DNA of 64,000 bases, taken from Ascidiella aspersa. Taxonomy: Eukaryota. The notes beneath the pieces are model-generated. The model was not told the DNA's origin. It saw only the letters and a program-made list of their open reading frames with translations, and ran no database searches. This document shows positions 40,101 to 53,500 of the stretch, piece after piece (position 1 is the stretch's first letter; the number at the start of each line of letters is the position of its first letter). The DNA lies in NCBI GenBank assembly GCA_963924565.1, contig OZ004611.1, forward strand, positions 26,598,001-26,662,000, read 5' to 3'. A program made the position numbers and the translations under genes.

Positions 40101-41507
40101 TACAAAACAAATATATTTTAACACATTATAAAACATTGCGAGGTGGAAATAAAATGATTTTACAATTATGGTTGCAATTGGGCTATCTGCAGCATTGAGT
40201 GCTCTTGTTAATGTGGCATTTTCTTCATATAGCGGTAACGTAAACAAACATATATGCCTTTCCCCTTATCGAAAGTATACTTCAAGCAACTGCTGATTTT
40301 CTTATTCGTAATAACGCCCCAACATAATTTTTTTGTGCATTTGATTCCTGCCTTCGTATCTTTTATTTATCGGTTGTCATTAAAATAGTAATAAAGAAAA
40401 TAATGGTGTTATTGACCATAGTATCGCTTTCTGAAAAGCGACCGAGACCAGAAAAAATAATATGTCACCAAATGTCACAACCTTTTAAACTCTAAACAAA
40501 CACAGTTTGTTGGAAGTGGGATATAAAATGAACAACTGTCTTCCTAAATAATCGTCACTTTAAAAATAATGTTAATGAAGTGAGTATAACAAAAACGTAT
40601 TAAGTTGGATAACATTGCAGTCACACATTTTCATGGATAATCTCAAAGACATAGAACAGGGGCGTGCAACTGTTTATCGCAGCGGGCTATAATTATGATG
40701 GTGCTGCGGGCCAGACAATTGAACACCACATTCATTTTCGAACAACGTTTTTATTGGAAAACCGTGTACAATCAAGTTACTCATGAAGTGATTAATGAGG
40801 TGTCTGATATCTTTTATCACCGTGTTAAAATGATATTTTTATCACAGTGTTAACTCGAAGTTGACTTGACAAGTGCATCTGTAAGCTGATTTCAGCATTT
40901 TGTCTTGAACAGGTTCTTTTTCGACAATTGTTTTCGATAACTTTTAAGCTCAGTTTTGCCACAAGCTAAACGTATTTTGTATAACAATAAATACTTCTTG
41001 CTGTTTGCTCAAAGCCCATTTTTCAAAATTGCAGCATTTTGTCAACTCGCAATTGACCTACAAAGCTATCATAATTAGCATTGTTTTTAACCATAGTGCA
41101 CCTTAAAATTATACTCTTTCATTACTGATATAACGTTTAAACAAATTAGGCAAACTGCATCTTTTTTGTTTAACTTCCACCTTGCATAATCAACCTTTCT
41201 TTTCTAACCACTACTTGTAAACATTTTTACTTTTCTAAGCTTTTTTGTGGGATTAATATTAGTATATTCAACACACTGCACCCATAAACAAGATCATGTT
41301 ATTGAAAGTAAATAATTACCAGCAAAACAAGGCAACAGTTTTACTACAATGTACACTATGACGCAATAATTTTGTTGATTTGATTTGGGAATACCTTTCC
41401 TATACGTTTTTTTCCCACTTTTGCTTCGTGCAGCAGGATGAAGGAAATCTGCTACTAAAAAACATCACAAAGTGTAATATTGCTTCATTGGTTGCTAAAC
41501 CACAGTC

Positions 41508-44500
41508 ATGACAGGTTGTATGATTTTAATAGTGTTTGCAGTGTTTTCTGTTTCAGCGTTTTACGACGGTAAGTTTCTGGTAGCCAAATTTTATAATTGC
41601 TTTGGAAATTTAATAATAGATTGTATTATTTGCATTTAAGCAGTGTTCAATGAAGTCAATGACTTTTTTCATGAGCCATTAAATCACTGTTTAAAATGAA
41701 CTGACTTCAGTTTTTCGGACAAAAAACACTTTTTTTGTTTGTTTTTTTGTTGTTAAGATTTTGTTAACTCCTTTTGGTGAAATTGCTTAATATCCCCAAT
41801 TTCGGACTGTAAAACAGTTTGCCCCTTATATGTTACGCTTTGTGGTTTAATAAAATTTGTTCAGAATCGGTTGTATTTTGATATCAACGACTTGGCTGAC
41901 TAGGATAGTGGCTTGAACTAGAAAATGACTAAATATTTTTTGCAATTAACTTGACTTGAACCTTTGTTCATTTTTTTAAAAATAATTTTAAAATGAATTT
42001 TTACAGCGCTGGTTTGAAGATGAGCTTGTTGGTGTCCAAATAATATTAGGATATTTTTGCCAGTAGTTCTCAATATGGGGTTCGTTGTTCTTGATTTTTA
42101 GGCGTAGGCCTACTTTGAAGTTTGCTAGTTGAGTTTTATAAAACAAATTATTATTGGACTGCTGCAGGGTAATCTTATTTTGATTGGACTGGTAATATTA
42201 TTTTGTTTTAGTTTGTTAGTTATTATATTAACACATTGTTTGGTTTCAACTAATAATTGTTAGCTTGTCAGCTTTGAAAAAAGGTAAACCATCGTTTAAT
42301 CAATTGTTTACATAAACACAGAAATCAATTTTTCCCACATTTTTTGAACAGGAGTTCGCGGATTGAATTTGACAGAAGCAGTTGCTTCAACTACCAACAC
42401 CAGTCTTTCAAAGCCCAACGCAACTCAGAAACCACCACAGCATGACGCTTGCTACTATTTCAATCCCTGTTTAAACCAAGGGAAATGCATTTCAGAAAAC
42501 TCGGTCAGGTATGTGGTCGGGAACAAATTTAACTTTTACAGTATTTATTGCAAAAGTGTACAAAAATAACAGTTTTTTTTTAAAAGGGCTCCAAGTCTAA
42601 AACGTTTGTTCTATTCTCCCGGAATATGTTTTGCACATAGGTGTAACAAAGATAGCGAACATAAATCAGATTTTACCCGAAAAAAACTCAAGTTGTGGTT
42701 TTTAACTTCTAATTAAATCCAATCAAATACCAAAAACACCTACGCTTTTGTCCGGAAGTTAAGCCTAATCCATACAAACCAATAATTGTAACATTTTATC
42801 TTGCTACCGTATAATTTCAGTAATAAGGCGATGTTATCCTTCTTGGTAATCAAACCTAAAAAAATGTAGGCCTACATGTAGGTAAAATGACTTCTGCGTT
42901 TTCATTTTTAGAAATTTAAAATATAACGAAACCAATGAAAAATTTCTTTACCCAATGTAAATTCTAGTTTAATTTTAAGAAATGCGACAATACTATAACA
43001 AGCCTCAGTTTGAAAGCAAACCATCTAAAAACTTTACTTTCGCAAAACGGAAGTAAAGAATGGCGTGACAAAAACAAAAGTTTGTTGACAATTCAACAAG
43101 TTCGCCTTTGAGATTTTGATTCTGAAATAATTTTTTTTATAAGATGTCAGGTTGTGTGTACATATAGTAAACGCATCTGCGCACCAGCGAAGCTTTGGCG
43201 AAACAATTCTGTTCACTTAACCTTTTGTAGGCTTTACGTGAACAAAACACAAAAAAGGAACAAGCATTAAAGGCACGGTGGCTTTTAACAGACAAACCGG
43301 ATCAGTAGAACAATTCTTAAGTAAGCTAGACTAGAAGAACAATAGCCTGCGATAAGGTTTGACTTACGAACTGGGCCATTCCAGGACGGCCGACCTACTG
43401 AGCTATACAGGCTCATACGGGAACAGTTCGAAAACAATCGTTACACCATTGCTTGCATTCTATTAGTTCAAAAAAAAATTCAATTTTGGGGAACTACAGT
43501 TCCAAGTGTACGTATGTGTATGAACATTTCATTAGCCTTTTCGAATTTAGGTTATATCGAAATAAAAAACCTTTTAGTTAGAGGCTTTTGCGAATATCGG
43601 ATGGAAGCCGATACTCGATGCCAAGCGCTAGTATCGGTACTCGTTATTATACCAGGGTGGTTTAAGTGACGACTGGAGGGAGAACTCTTTGACTAAATCA
43701 AATTTGAAAAACTACCTTTGCAAGTTTCTACTTTATATATTTTGCTTCGTTGTTGATAGTAATGACGTAATTTGGACCCAGAACCCGAAAATTGTTGTCT
43801 CAAACATCAGCTATTGGTCTCGAAATAAAATATCAAGTCGAACATCCCTGAACTAACAAGCAAATCAATTCAACCTACAATAACCAACCGATCTCATTTT
43901 ATCTCAGCCGTTTACGCGACCTGGTGTATATCTTAGGTCATTTTATAATAAGTTTGCAAATCTATTCTGAATTCTAGCCTTCGAATACGGCTATCATAGA
44001 TTGTAAGGTAGCCATTGTGGAACGTACAATAGCTAACCAATACCCTTTTAACGCAGCCGCTCCTGTGCATGCGCCCCAGGGTACAAGGGCTCCCGCTGTC
44101 AATTCGTCGATTTCTGTCACGGGAAGTCTTGTGGAGAGCACGGCGATTGTGTGAGTCAGAGCATGGGCTACATTTGCAACTGTAGCGGCGGTGAGTTTCG
44201 CTTTTGGGGCGTTTTTTTCACTTTGAATAAGGAAAATACATTTTAATAAACGAAACTAAGTTTGCGCGGCTTTCTTATGTAGTTATTTAGGAACACTGTG
44301 GGTGACTGACTATAATTTTAGGTGCTATAAAAAAGTAATATAAGGGTAACTATGGGCGCTAAATAAAGCTTTAATATTTTTTCCAAACCTTTTGAATGTG
44401 ACAAGTGTGTTTTGAGAAACCAATTATAAGGCAAATACCATTACGCTACCAAAATACCTTAAACTCATTTTTTTAACTTTAGCAGCAATTTTATGTATCG

Positions 44501-47500
44501 AATGTACTTTCAACGATATACGAAATTTAAAGATTTTTAACCGACAACTTATCTTATACCAACCGATCTTTAAAATCAGTCAATGGACATATAACTTGAT
44601 CCACAAGCACAAATTAGTTTTTTTTCCCAGAGCAGAAAAAATACTCGTATCCGATATTTAAGGGAGAGAACTAATTAAGCTTTGTACGGTACGTTTGGCT
44701 TAGAGAGCTAATTTACATATTTTAGCTATATATATTATTATGTGGTGCCTGTTGTAAGTTTCTCAAAGCATTTCAGTTAATAGTTTAGGGAAATTCGGGT
44801 ATTCTCCCTATAATCTGTAAACAACTATGTAGAGTGTAAAACAATAGTACGTTTCAAAAACACGATTATTTTTGCAGATTATGTCGGCAAGCATTGTGAG
44901 GTGGTCAACCCTTGTCTGGTAACTAAATGTCTCAATGGAGGTATTTGTAAGGTTGACTCGAACAAGGCGAAATGTGAATGCTCCCATCCGTATGCGGGAA
45001 AGCAATGCGAGACACAATGCCGGCCTACCATTGTAAGTATCGTCTTGTGAATAGGTATACTACTATTAAGGTATCAAGCTGGCAGGTTTTTTTGAGCTGG
45101 GCAGCTGGGGTATGCGAAGGTTTAGCAAAGGGGGCCGAAACACTAAAAACGAGGAAAAATATTCACTTATTTAATATCAAATTAGACAGATATTTTTAGC
45201 TACGTTTTACCGTGACAGACACACATTATTTTATTCTGATCACCTAATCTGTTTTTCTCAACGATATTAATCTTGTTTTTGCATTTTTCAGTTACAGTAG
45301 CCTGAAATGTGAATTTTACAATTTAAAGCGCCTCTTTGCACTGTTTGCGCGATGTTTCTATTCATATCATTGCGCCTACTAAACATATTATCCGGAGGGG
45401 GTGGGTTTCGATAAGTTGTGACGAGGGTGAAAAACTGAAACAAAACTAAAAACCTCTCCGCCTTTACATACTTCACTTTTTGTCTTTGTTTAAACATAAT
45501 TACGACAGGGCAGAATAAATATATACTTTTTCGTCTTCAGAGATGTTACTACACTGGCGGAACACTATGCGTTTTGCGTTCTAATTTAACAATTAAGAAT
45601 TGTGAATGCACGTACGACGTTCCACGTGGAAACTTCACGTGTGTAATGGAAGATGGTGAGTTAAAAGACTGTTAACGTTGCAATCACTCGAAAAAACAAC
45701 AAATAAATGCTGAATATTTCGATATAAACTGCAACGATAGTAGGTCGCTATTTGTTTTACAGAGTGATTTGTGTTGGGCCTATAATTAATTGTTTGAAAA
45801 TCAGGCCTTATGTTAATTATATTTAAAAAAATTAAGTTTGAGTTAGATTGCTGATAGTAGATTGTTTTACAGGCACAGGACGTGTATGATTACACAGTTT
45901 AAAATATAAAGATGCACAAATTTAAACAAATAATTGGGCCTATGATTAATTGTTGAAAATCAGGCCTAATGCTAATTATATTTAAAAAAATTATGTTTAA
46001 GTTAGATTGTTTTACAGGCACAGGCGTCATATATACATGCACAAATTTAAACAAAATATTCTTATATTTTACAACAAGACGATGGGCTTCACAGGAAACA
46101 ATTATTGAAAAGCACTGGCTATTAGCTTGTTTTTCAAAATAATTGTCCAGCAGTGCGTTTGGGTGTTGATGAGTGGTGTCCTGGTATAAACTCATCGATT
46201 TTAAAGAATCTTTGTAAATGTCCGTGTTGGTCTAATTCTAAATAAGGCAATCAGGTGGCCCTTTATACTAAAACAATGTTTAAAAGTTTTTCTACTTTGA
46301 CCTGATGAAGCACGGTTGTGCGAAAGCTTGTCGAGAATTTAAACAATTTGTCTTCATATAGTGCCACCTGGTTACCCTGTGTTTCGGTTTTCATCATTGG
46401 TTTTAATATGTTTTTAATTTGTTTTTAATAGAACTGGAAAACGAATGCAAAACCTTAGGGAATCCGTGTAACGGAGGAACCTGCATCGATTTGCGAAAAG
46501 GATTCAAGTGTAGTTGTTATGGCTCAAGAAGTGGTCCCAGATGCGAGATACACAACCCATGTCTTGGATTAAGACCTGTACTTAAATTAATGAAATAAAA
46601 ACCTATTGTAGGACAAGAACTGTCTATCAAAATAGAACACACAATTGGATCAATAAACCAGATTTACTGTAATTAAATGGAATAGGGCTGATGTCTTTGT
46701 TTTGTTATTTGTTTTGTTATTGAAGTTTGTCGTTGAATTGGGTTTAGAATTAGGTTGGACGTTGTTTAAATTGTATTGTGGTGCTTGAGGTGTTATTCTG
46801 ACAGGTATAGATCTTTCCGACATATACTTGTCAGTGTATTTTAAGCCCTATTCTGGAAGTGGTTTTATTTCGACATTGCCGTGAGTAGTTTCAAAGGTAT
46901 AAAAGGCCATGAGTGTGAAACAAACGATGAGCAACCAACTAAGTTGAGAGATTTAGTGTACGCGATAAAAACGATTAACATGCCGACGGCATATAAGTTT
47001 GTCGCTTAACGTCGTTCATCTTTTTTTAGGCGTGCAGTAATCATGGCACTTGCAGTAGAGTCAGCAACCACGAGTACCGCTGCACTTGCAATTTCGGTTA
47101 CGACGGCAAAGACTGTCAATACAGGAATAATGACACCACTGGAGCAGGTTTTCCGAAAACGCATTTGTTTTAATGTGTAGACAAAATTTAATTAACTGAA
47201 AAGTGCATGTTTCAGGATTTAACCAGGGGTGGTCCTAGGTTTTTGTTTTGGAGGGAAATTAAAATTTTCAGAGATGACGACACAGCGTACGTCAGTGGTC
47301 GCCAAACTTTATTGTTGCGGCCCAAAATACTTTTTCCAGGCTATTAAAGTTCCACTAGAAAAAGAGGGGAGAATCCAGGATTATTTGGGGGGTTGGGATG
47401 CACGTTTTTAGAAAATCGTCACAAAGTTATGTCATAATAAAATTTACCTTTAAACCACCAGCTGACTTGAGCAAACTCGTGCGCAAATATGCAGCTGAAG

Positions 47501-50500
47501 CAGACTACAATCTTTTGTATTTTCATACTAAAAATTGGCTAAAATTATAGTTTAGAGCAGTGCTCCGCAACCGTCGTGCCGCGACGTTCCCGGTGGTGTT
47601 TTCTTGCGAGTTTGCTGGTGTTTTCTTGCGTTTTTTGCGGTGGTTTCCTGCGTTTGTTATTGTAGTTTTGGCAGTATAATTAAACAAAAATGGTATATTA
47701 AGGTTCTAACCGTAATCAAGGTGTAGGCCAAACTTAGAAACTTTCCTTAATTTGAAACTAAATCCTATGTTATGTCAATCGCCGGAAGTCGAATTTGAAA
47801 GCATTTTTTTAACTCACTCAACTAACAGGAGTATAAATATATAGCAATTGTTTTCTAGTCACAATAGAAAAATATCTAAAATCGTCAACCTAAACATGTC
47901 AAAATTTTTTCATGGGAAATTAGGCCTATAAATGGACATTCATGGAAATTGGGCCTATAAATGAATAAAGTAGCCTAAAAATGTAATAGGGGGCTATTGG
48001 ATGATCAGGGTTTATCAATCTGGAATTGGATGTTTTGGTATCGACGTTTTGGCGCTGTAATTTTTAAGGGGTTATGGGGTCGTTGGCGCGCCGCTGTTTA
48101 ACGGGTATCCGTATCCGCTTTGTCGAGAATTTAAACAATTTGTCTTCATATAGTGCCACCTGGTTACCCTATGTTTCGTTTTTCATCATTGGTTTTATAT
48201 GTTTTTAATTTGTTTTTAATAGAACTGGAAAACGAATGCGAAACCTTAGGGAATCCGTGTAACGGAGGAACCTGCATCGATTTGCGAAAAGGATTCAAGT
48301 GTCGTTGTTATGGCTCAAGAAGTGGTTCCAGATGCGAAATACACAACCCATGTCTTGGATTAAGACCTGTACTTAAATTAATGAAATAAAAACCTATTGT
48401 AGGACAAGAACTGTGTATCAAAATAGAACACACAATTGGATCAATAAACCAGATTTACTGTAATTAAATGGAATAGGGCTGACGTCTTTGTTTTGTTATT
48501 TGTTTTGTTATTGAAGTTTGTCGTTGAATTGGGTTTAGAATTAGGTTGGACGTTGTTTAAATTGTATTGTGGTGCTTGAGGTGTTATTCTGACAGGTATA
48601 GATCTTTCCGACATATACTTGTCAGTGTATTTTAAGCCCTATTCTGGAAGTAGTTTTATTTCGACATTGCCGTGAGTAGTTTCAAAGGTATAAAAGGCCA
48701 TGAGTGTGAAACGAACGATGAGCAACCAACTAAGTTGAGAGATTTAGTGTACGCGATAAAAACGATCAACAGGCCGACGGCATATAAGTTTGTCGTTTAA
48801 CGTCATTCGTCTTTTTTTAGGCGTGCAGTAATCATGGAACTTGCAGTAGCGTCAGCAACCACGAGTACCGCTGCACTTGCAACTTCGGTTACGACGGAAA
48901 AGACTGTCAATACAGGAATAATGACACCACTACAGCAGGTTTTCCGAAAACGCATTTGTGTGTAGACAAAATTTAATTAACTGAAAAGTGCATGTTTCAG
49001 GATTTAACCAGGGGTGGTCCTAGGTTTTTGTTTTGGAGGGAAATTAAAATTTTCAGAGATGACGACACAGCGTACGTCAGTGGTCGGCAACTTTATTGTT
49101 GAGGCCCAAAATACTTCTTCCAGGCTATTAAAGTTCCACTAGAAAAAGAGGGGAGAATCCAGGATTATTTGGGGGGTTGGGATGCAAGTTTTTAGAAAAT
49201 CGTCACAAAGTTATGTCATAATAAAATTTACCTTTAAACCACCAGCTGACTTGAGCAAACTCGTGCGCAAATATGCAGCTGAAGCAGACTATAATCTTTT
49301 GTATTTTCATACTAAAAATTGGCTAAAATTATAGTTTAGAGCAGTGCTCCGCAACGGGCGTGCCGCGACGTTTCCGGTGGTTTCCTGCGTTTGTTATTGT
49401 AGTTTTGGCAGTACAATTAAATAAAAATGGTATATTAAGGTTCTAACCGTAATCAAGGTGTAGGCCAAACTTAGAAACTTTCCTTAATTTGAAACTAAAT
49501 CCTATGTTATGTCAATCGCCGGAAGTCGAATTTGAAAGCATTTTTTTAACTCACTCAACTAACAGAGTATAAATATATAGCAATTGTTTTCTAGTCACAA
49601 TAGAAAAATATCTAAAATCGTCAACCTAAACATGTCGAAATTTTTTCATGGGAAATTAGGCCTATAAATGGACATTCATGGAAATTGGGCCTATAAATGA
49701 ATAAAGTAGCCTAAAAATGTAATAGGGGGCTATTGGATGATCAGGGTTTATCAATCTGGCATTGGATGTTTTGGTATCGACGTTTTGGCGCTGTAATTTT
49801 TAAGGGGTTATGGCGTCGTTGGCGCGCCGCTGTTTAACGGGTCGTTTTCCCTGTTTGGGGTTAATGGTGAATAGCTTAATGCTTGGGGTTAGAAAATAAG
49901 TTAGGGTTGGAATTATTAGAAAGTTAGTGATGAATTTAAGGGTGGGGTTTGAGGTTAGGTAAAATGTTATATAGGCCTTGTTCTAGACGTTTAGGTCTTA
50001 TTCAGATCGGTTTAGAACAGCGGTTCTTAACCTATGGGTAATTACCCACATGTAGGTAATTTTCAGGATAGCAGGTGGGTAATCAGCTGAACCTGAATAT
50101 CTAGAATTATGGTTGTAACAAACAATGTCACAGCTGTTAGTGATAAGTTGCTTTATTACTTACACTTTTTTGATGTTTTGAGTGCTTTTAATTTTTAAAA
50201 CAACCAAACTAGAACAAGGATATTTCATCATTTTATCATTGTTTCGTCATAGTGATTATTTTTGTGACCGGTATTACGTATTTTATTTTTATATTACGTA
50301 ACAGTATGATTTTTCTTGTATCCGCTTACGGCTAGCCTAGCTATTTTTTCATTATCAGTTTGCTGTTGGTGTTTATTTTTGAAGGTATTCTTAGTGGAAT
50401 TGTTTGGAGTAGTATACGATAGCTATAAGTGTGCGTTTCCAGTTACGAGCGAGCTATAATTTGTTTAATTACGCTGTTTTAAATTTTTAGTACTTGGTGG

Positions 50501-53500
50501 AATAGCAAAATGGGTAAAATTAGATTTTGGGTAATGGGTAATGGGATCTGAACAGAAAAGGGTAATAAGGAAAAAGGTTAAGAAACCCTGGTTTAGAACG
50601 TATTGTGATTTAGACGTTATTACGACTATGAAGTATTAGTCCTATTTTGGTCTTATTCCGAAATGTGTTTTATTTTGACGTTGATTTAATTTCGGTCTTA
50701 TGGCTGAAGTCCCTTTAGTCGTCTTAAGATATTTTAGGAAGATCGTGAAATAAAAAGATAAGATAGCGTAAAACGTCTAATTGTTGGCGCCTTCGACAAT
50801 TTTAATCATAAATCGCTCATTTTTCTCTTAGGTAGACTAGGATATTTGCATACGTGGTTTATTGTCGATGGACATATATTTCGTAGCAGTGCCGCCGAAT
50901 TTTTTAGCACTGTCGTTGTGCTGCAAGTTAAAAAGGTGCCCAGCACTGGTTTAGAAGGGCCATTGTCTTTGAGACCCTGTCACTGCAGGCTAGTTTTTTC
51001 TAACCTGCCTTGCTTTAATTTTCACAGACTGTTGATATTTTCTACAGCTTACCGCTCACATTTTCAGGTCCTCCTTGCAGAGCGTTTTGTACCTCGACCG
51101 GCATGCGGGTGACATGTTATGCAGGCAAGCTACCAACCGTTGTGCGTTCCGCGACGCTTCACGCAAGGATTGCAGAACCGCGCTCCAATTGCACGTGCAC
51201 CTTTCCACCGGAGATCGAGAGCTACCGGGTTCGCGCATCAAGGTATTCCTCGGATAGTCGATGGGATAGCTCTTGGGGCTACTACCGATTGAAGAAAACA
51301 GAAAAACAATGTGTCCTGCCGTTTAGTGAATGCGGAACAAAGATGCAGGTATGATCAACGAAGCGTTATCGAATATAACAAAAAATACAGCTATGTTCAT
51401 TTTCTCTTTCTCTCTTCTATTCTTTTTCTCATTTTTGTCTCTTTTTTACTTTATCGCTCTTCTCTTTCTCTCTCTCTTTCTCTTTTATCCGTTTGGTCAG
51501 CCAATATGAGTTTGATGACCTTCCTTTTTACATGATATTAAATCACCTTATAGTTTGTACTTGTTACTGGATGATTTACCTTTACAAAAATATTTAACAA
51601 CGACAGGTCAAAAGTGGAGAAATCGTTTACCACAATGTCTTGTCATTGCACGAATTCGCATTGAAGCAACGTACACCGGACACATGGGAGCAAGATAGCC
51701 TTATAACAAGAAAGCGACCAAAATTTGAGGTAGGAGTCTGGGAATTTATGTAGATTCAAGCAAAAGAGGTAATTGTGGATGCTAACCTTGTTTATATATT
51801 TAATTCGTGATCCGCGTTACGATTTCATAAATTGACCCGCCATTCCTATATGTTCCACGCCCCTGATTTAAATGACACTTTGTGGATAATGCTACACTCG
51901 GTGAGTTTCATATTTGAGTGACCGGCCATCATTCAAATTCTTGCAATAGTATTTTTTTCGTTTCAAGACCGGTAGGCCTATAAAGTGTATACTGCTTTCG
52001 AATGTACGAATTTTGACACCTAAGATAATATTTTATGTGATTTAAATTCGTGTTGACTGTTTTGAATGATACCAAAGATCCAAGTGGAGTGCAAAGTTCT
52101 TACTCATCTGAAAAGTTGGTGGAATCAAATTGACAGCAAGGATATGGAGACAACAAACAACACAGAGATATTTGCCAATTCTTCAGTTGGAAACTTTTCA
52201 ATGGTCACCAAATATTTCAGGTAAAGTAATAAACGTTTAATAAGCGCAAAAAACCTCAGCTGCGTTATATCCTTTTCGCTTATCAAATGATGTTATCACA
52301 ACTGGAGGCTATCGAGGTTACTGTAATTAACCAAATGAATAACGATGATTATGCTACCTGATTCCAATAATAGTAATTTGTTAATGTCTAGCAGCAAACC
52401 TTAAGCATGCGCAAAGTGTTTATTGTAGCTTACTTAAACGTATGCTTTCTAATGTTTTTGGTATATTTTTTATGTGTTTACAGAAGTATGTTCATTTAAA
52501 ATTTACTGTGAGTTAAATTCGCTGTAAAAAGTAAATTGAACCTATACTAATATTTTGTAAGTGCTGTGCTGTTGACTGCTTCGGATGTAGGCTACATGTA
52601 GAAAAACTTAAAATACATTTAAAAAAAAATAGATTTGCAGAATAAACCGAAAATTTTCAAAGGTCATAAAATATTTCAGGTAAAGTAGTAAGCTTTTAAG
52701 ATCATGTGCAAAGAAAACCTAAGCGAAAGCTGTCTGTACATCATTTGCTTATCGAATGATGATATCATAATTGGAGGCTATCGAGGTTACTGTAATTAAC
52801 TTTGTAATGAATAACGTTGATCATGTTTGCCAGGTTGAATTCGACAAGTAAAATCCTGCAGCCGATAACAGATTTCCTTATTGGCGAAAGAATCTATGTG
52901 CTGGTAAGTTTTTTAAACAGGTGTTGTGTTTTTTATTTTGTAAACGATCACAAAATATTACAAAACTCCCCAAAAAAAAATTATGAACGAGTCCCTTGTT
53001 AAAGGACAAGTTACTTTGAAAATTAAATTTTCATATTTCTTGTAACAACCCCAAAAAACTAACCATTGGCTGTCTATTTAGTAATGGTAAAAGTATTTGT
53101 AGATGAACTCTGGTTGCGCGCAAATAATTTTGATCATTTATTTTGTTTAAAAACTCTTTTACTGTATTAAAGAATTCCCAAAATGCAAAACCAATATGGA
53201 GTATAGTTACTTTTTAAAAACAGCCTGGTTACAACGTTTGTATTCAAACCAAAAAAGATTGATCTTCCTCGCAATATTACCTTTAACAAAACGAGCCCAC
53301 GTAAAGCCTTAAAATTTGGACAACTATTCAATTACAATTCGCGAACACTTGAACACCTCCTAATCAAAAACGGCAAAAATCAACTAACCTAAGTAATTTT
53401 TTAATGAACCCTAAAAGTATTAAATTTTTGGGTTAAGAAATACATGGCCGGCCTGTTTTTTTTAGGTGCGAATGTCGTCTGATTACAACAAAAACGCTGA

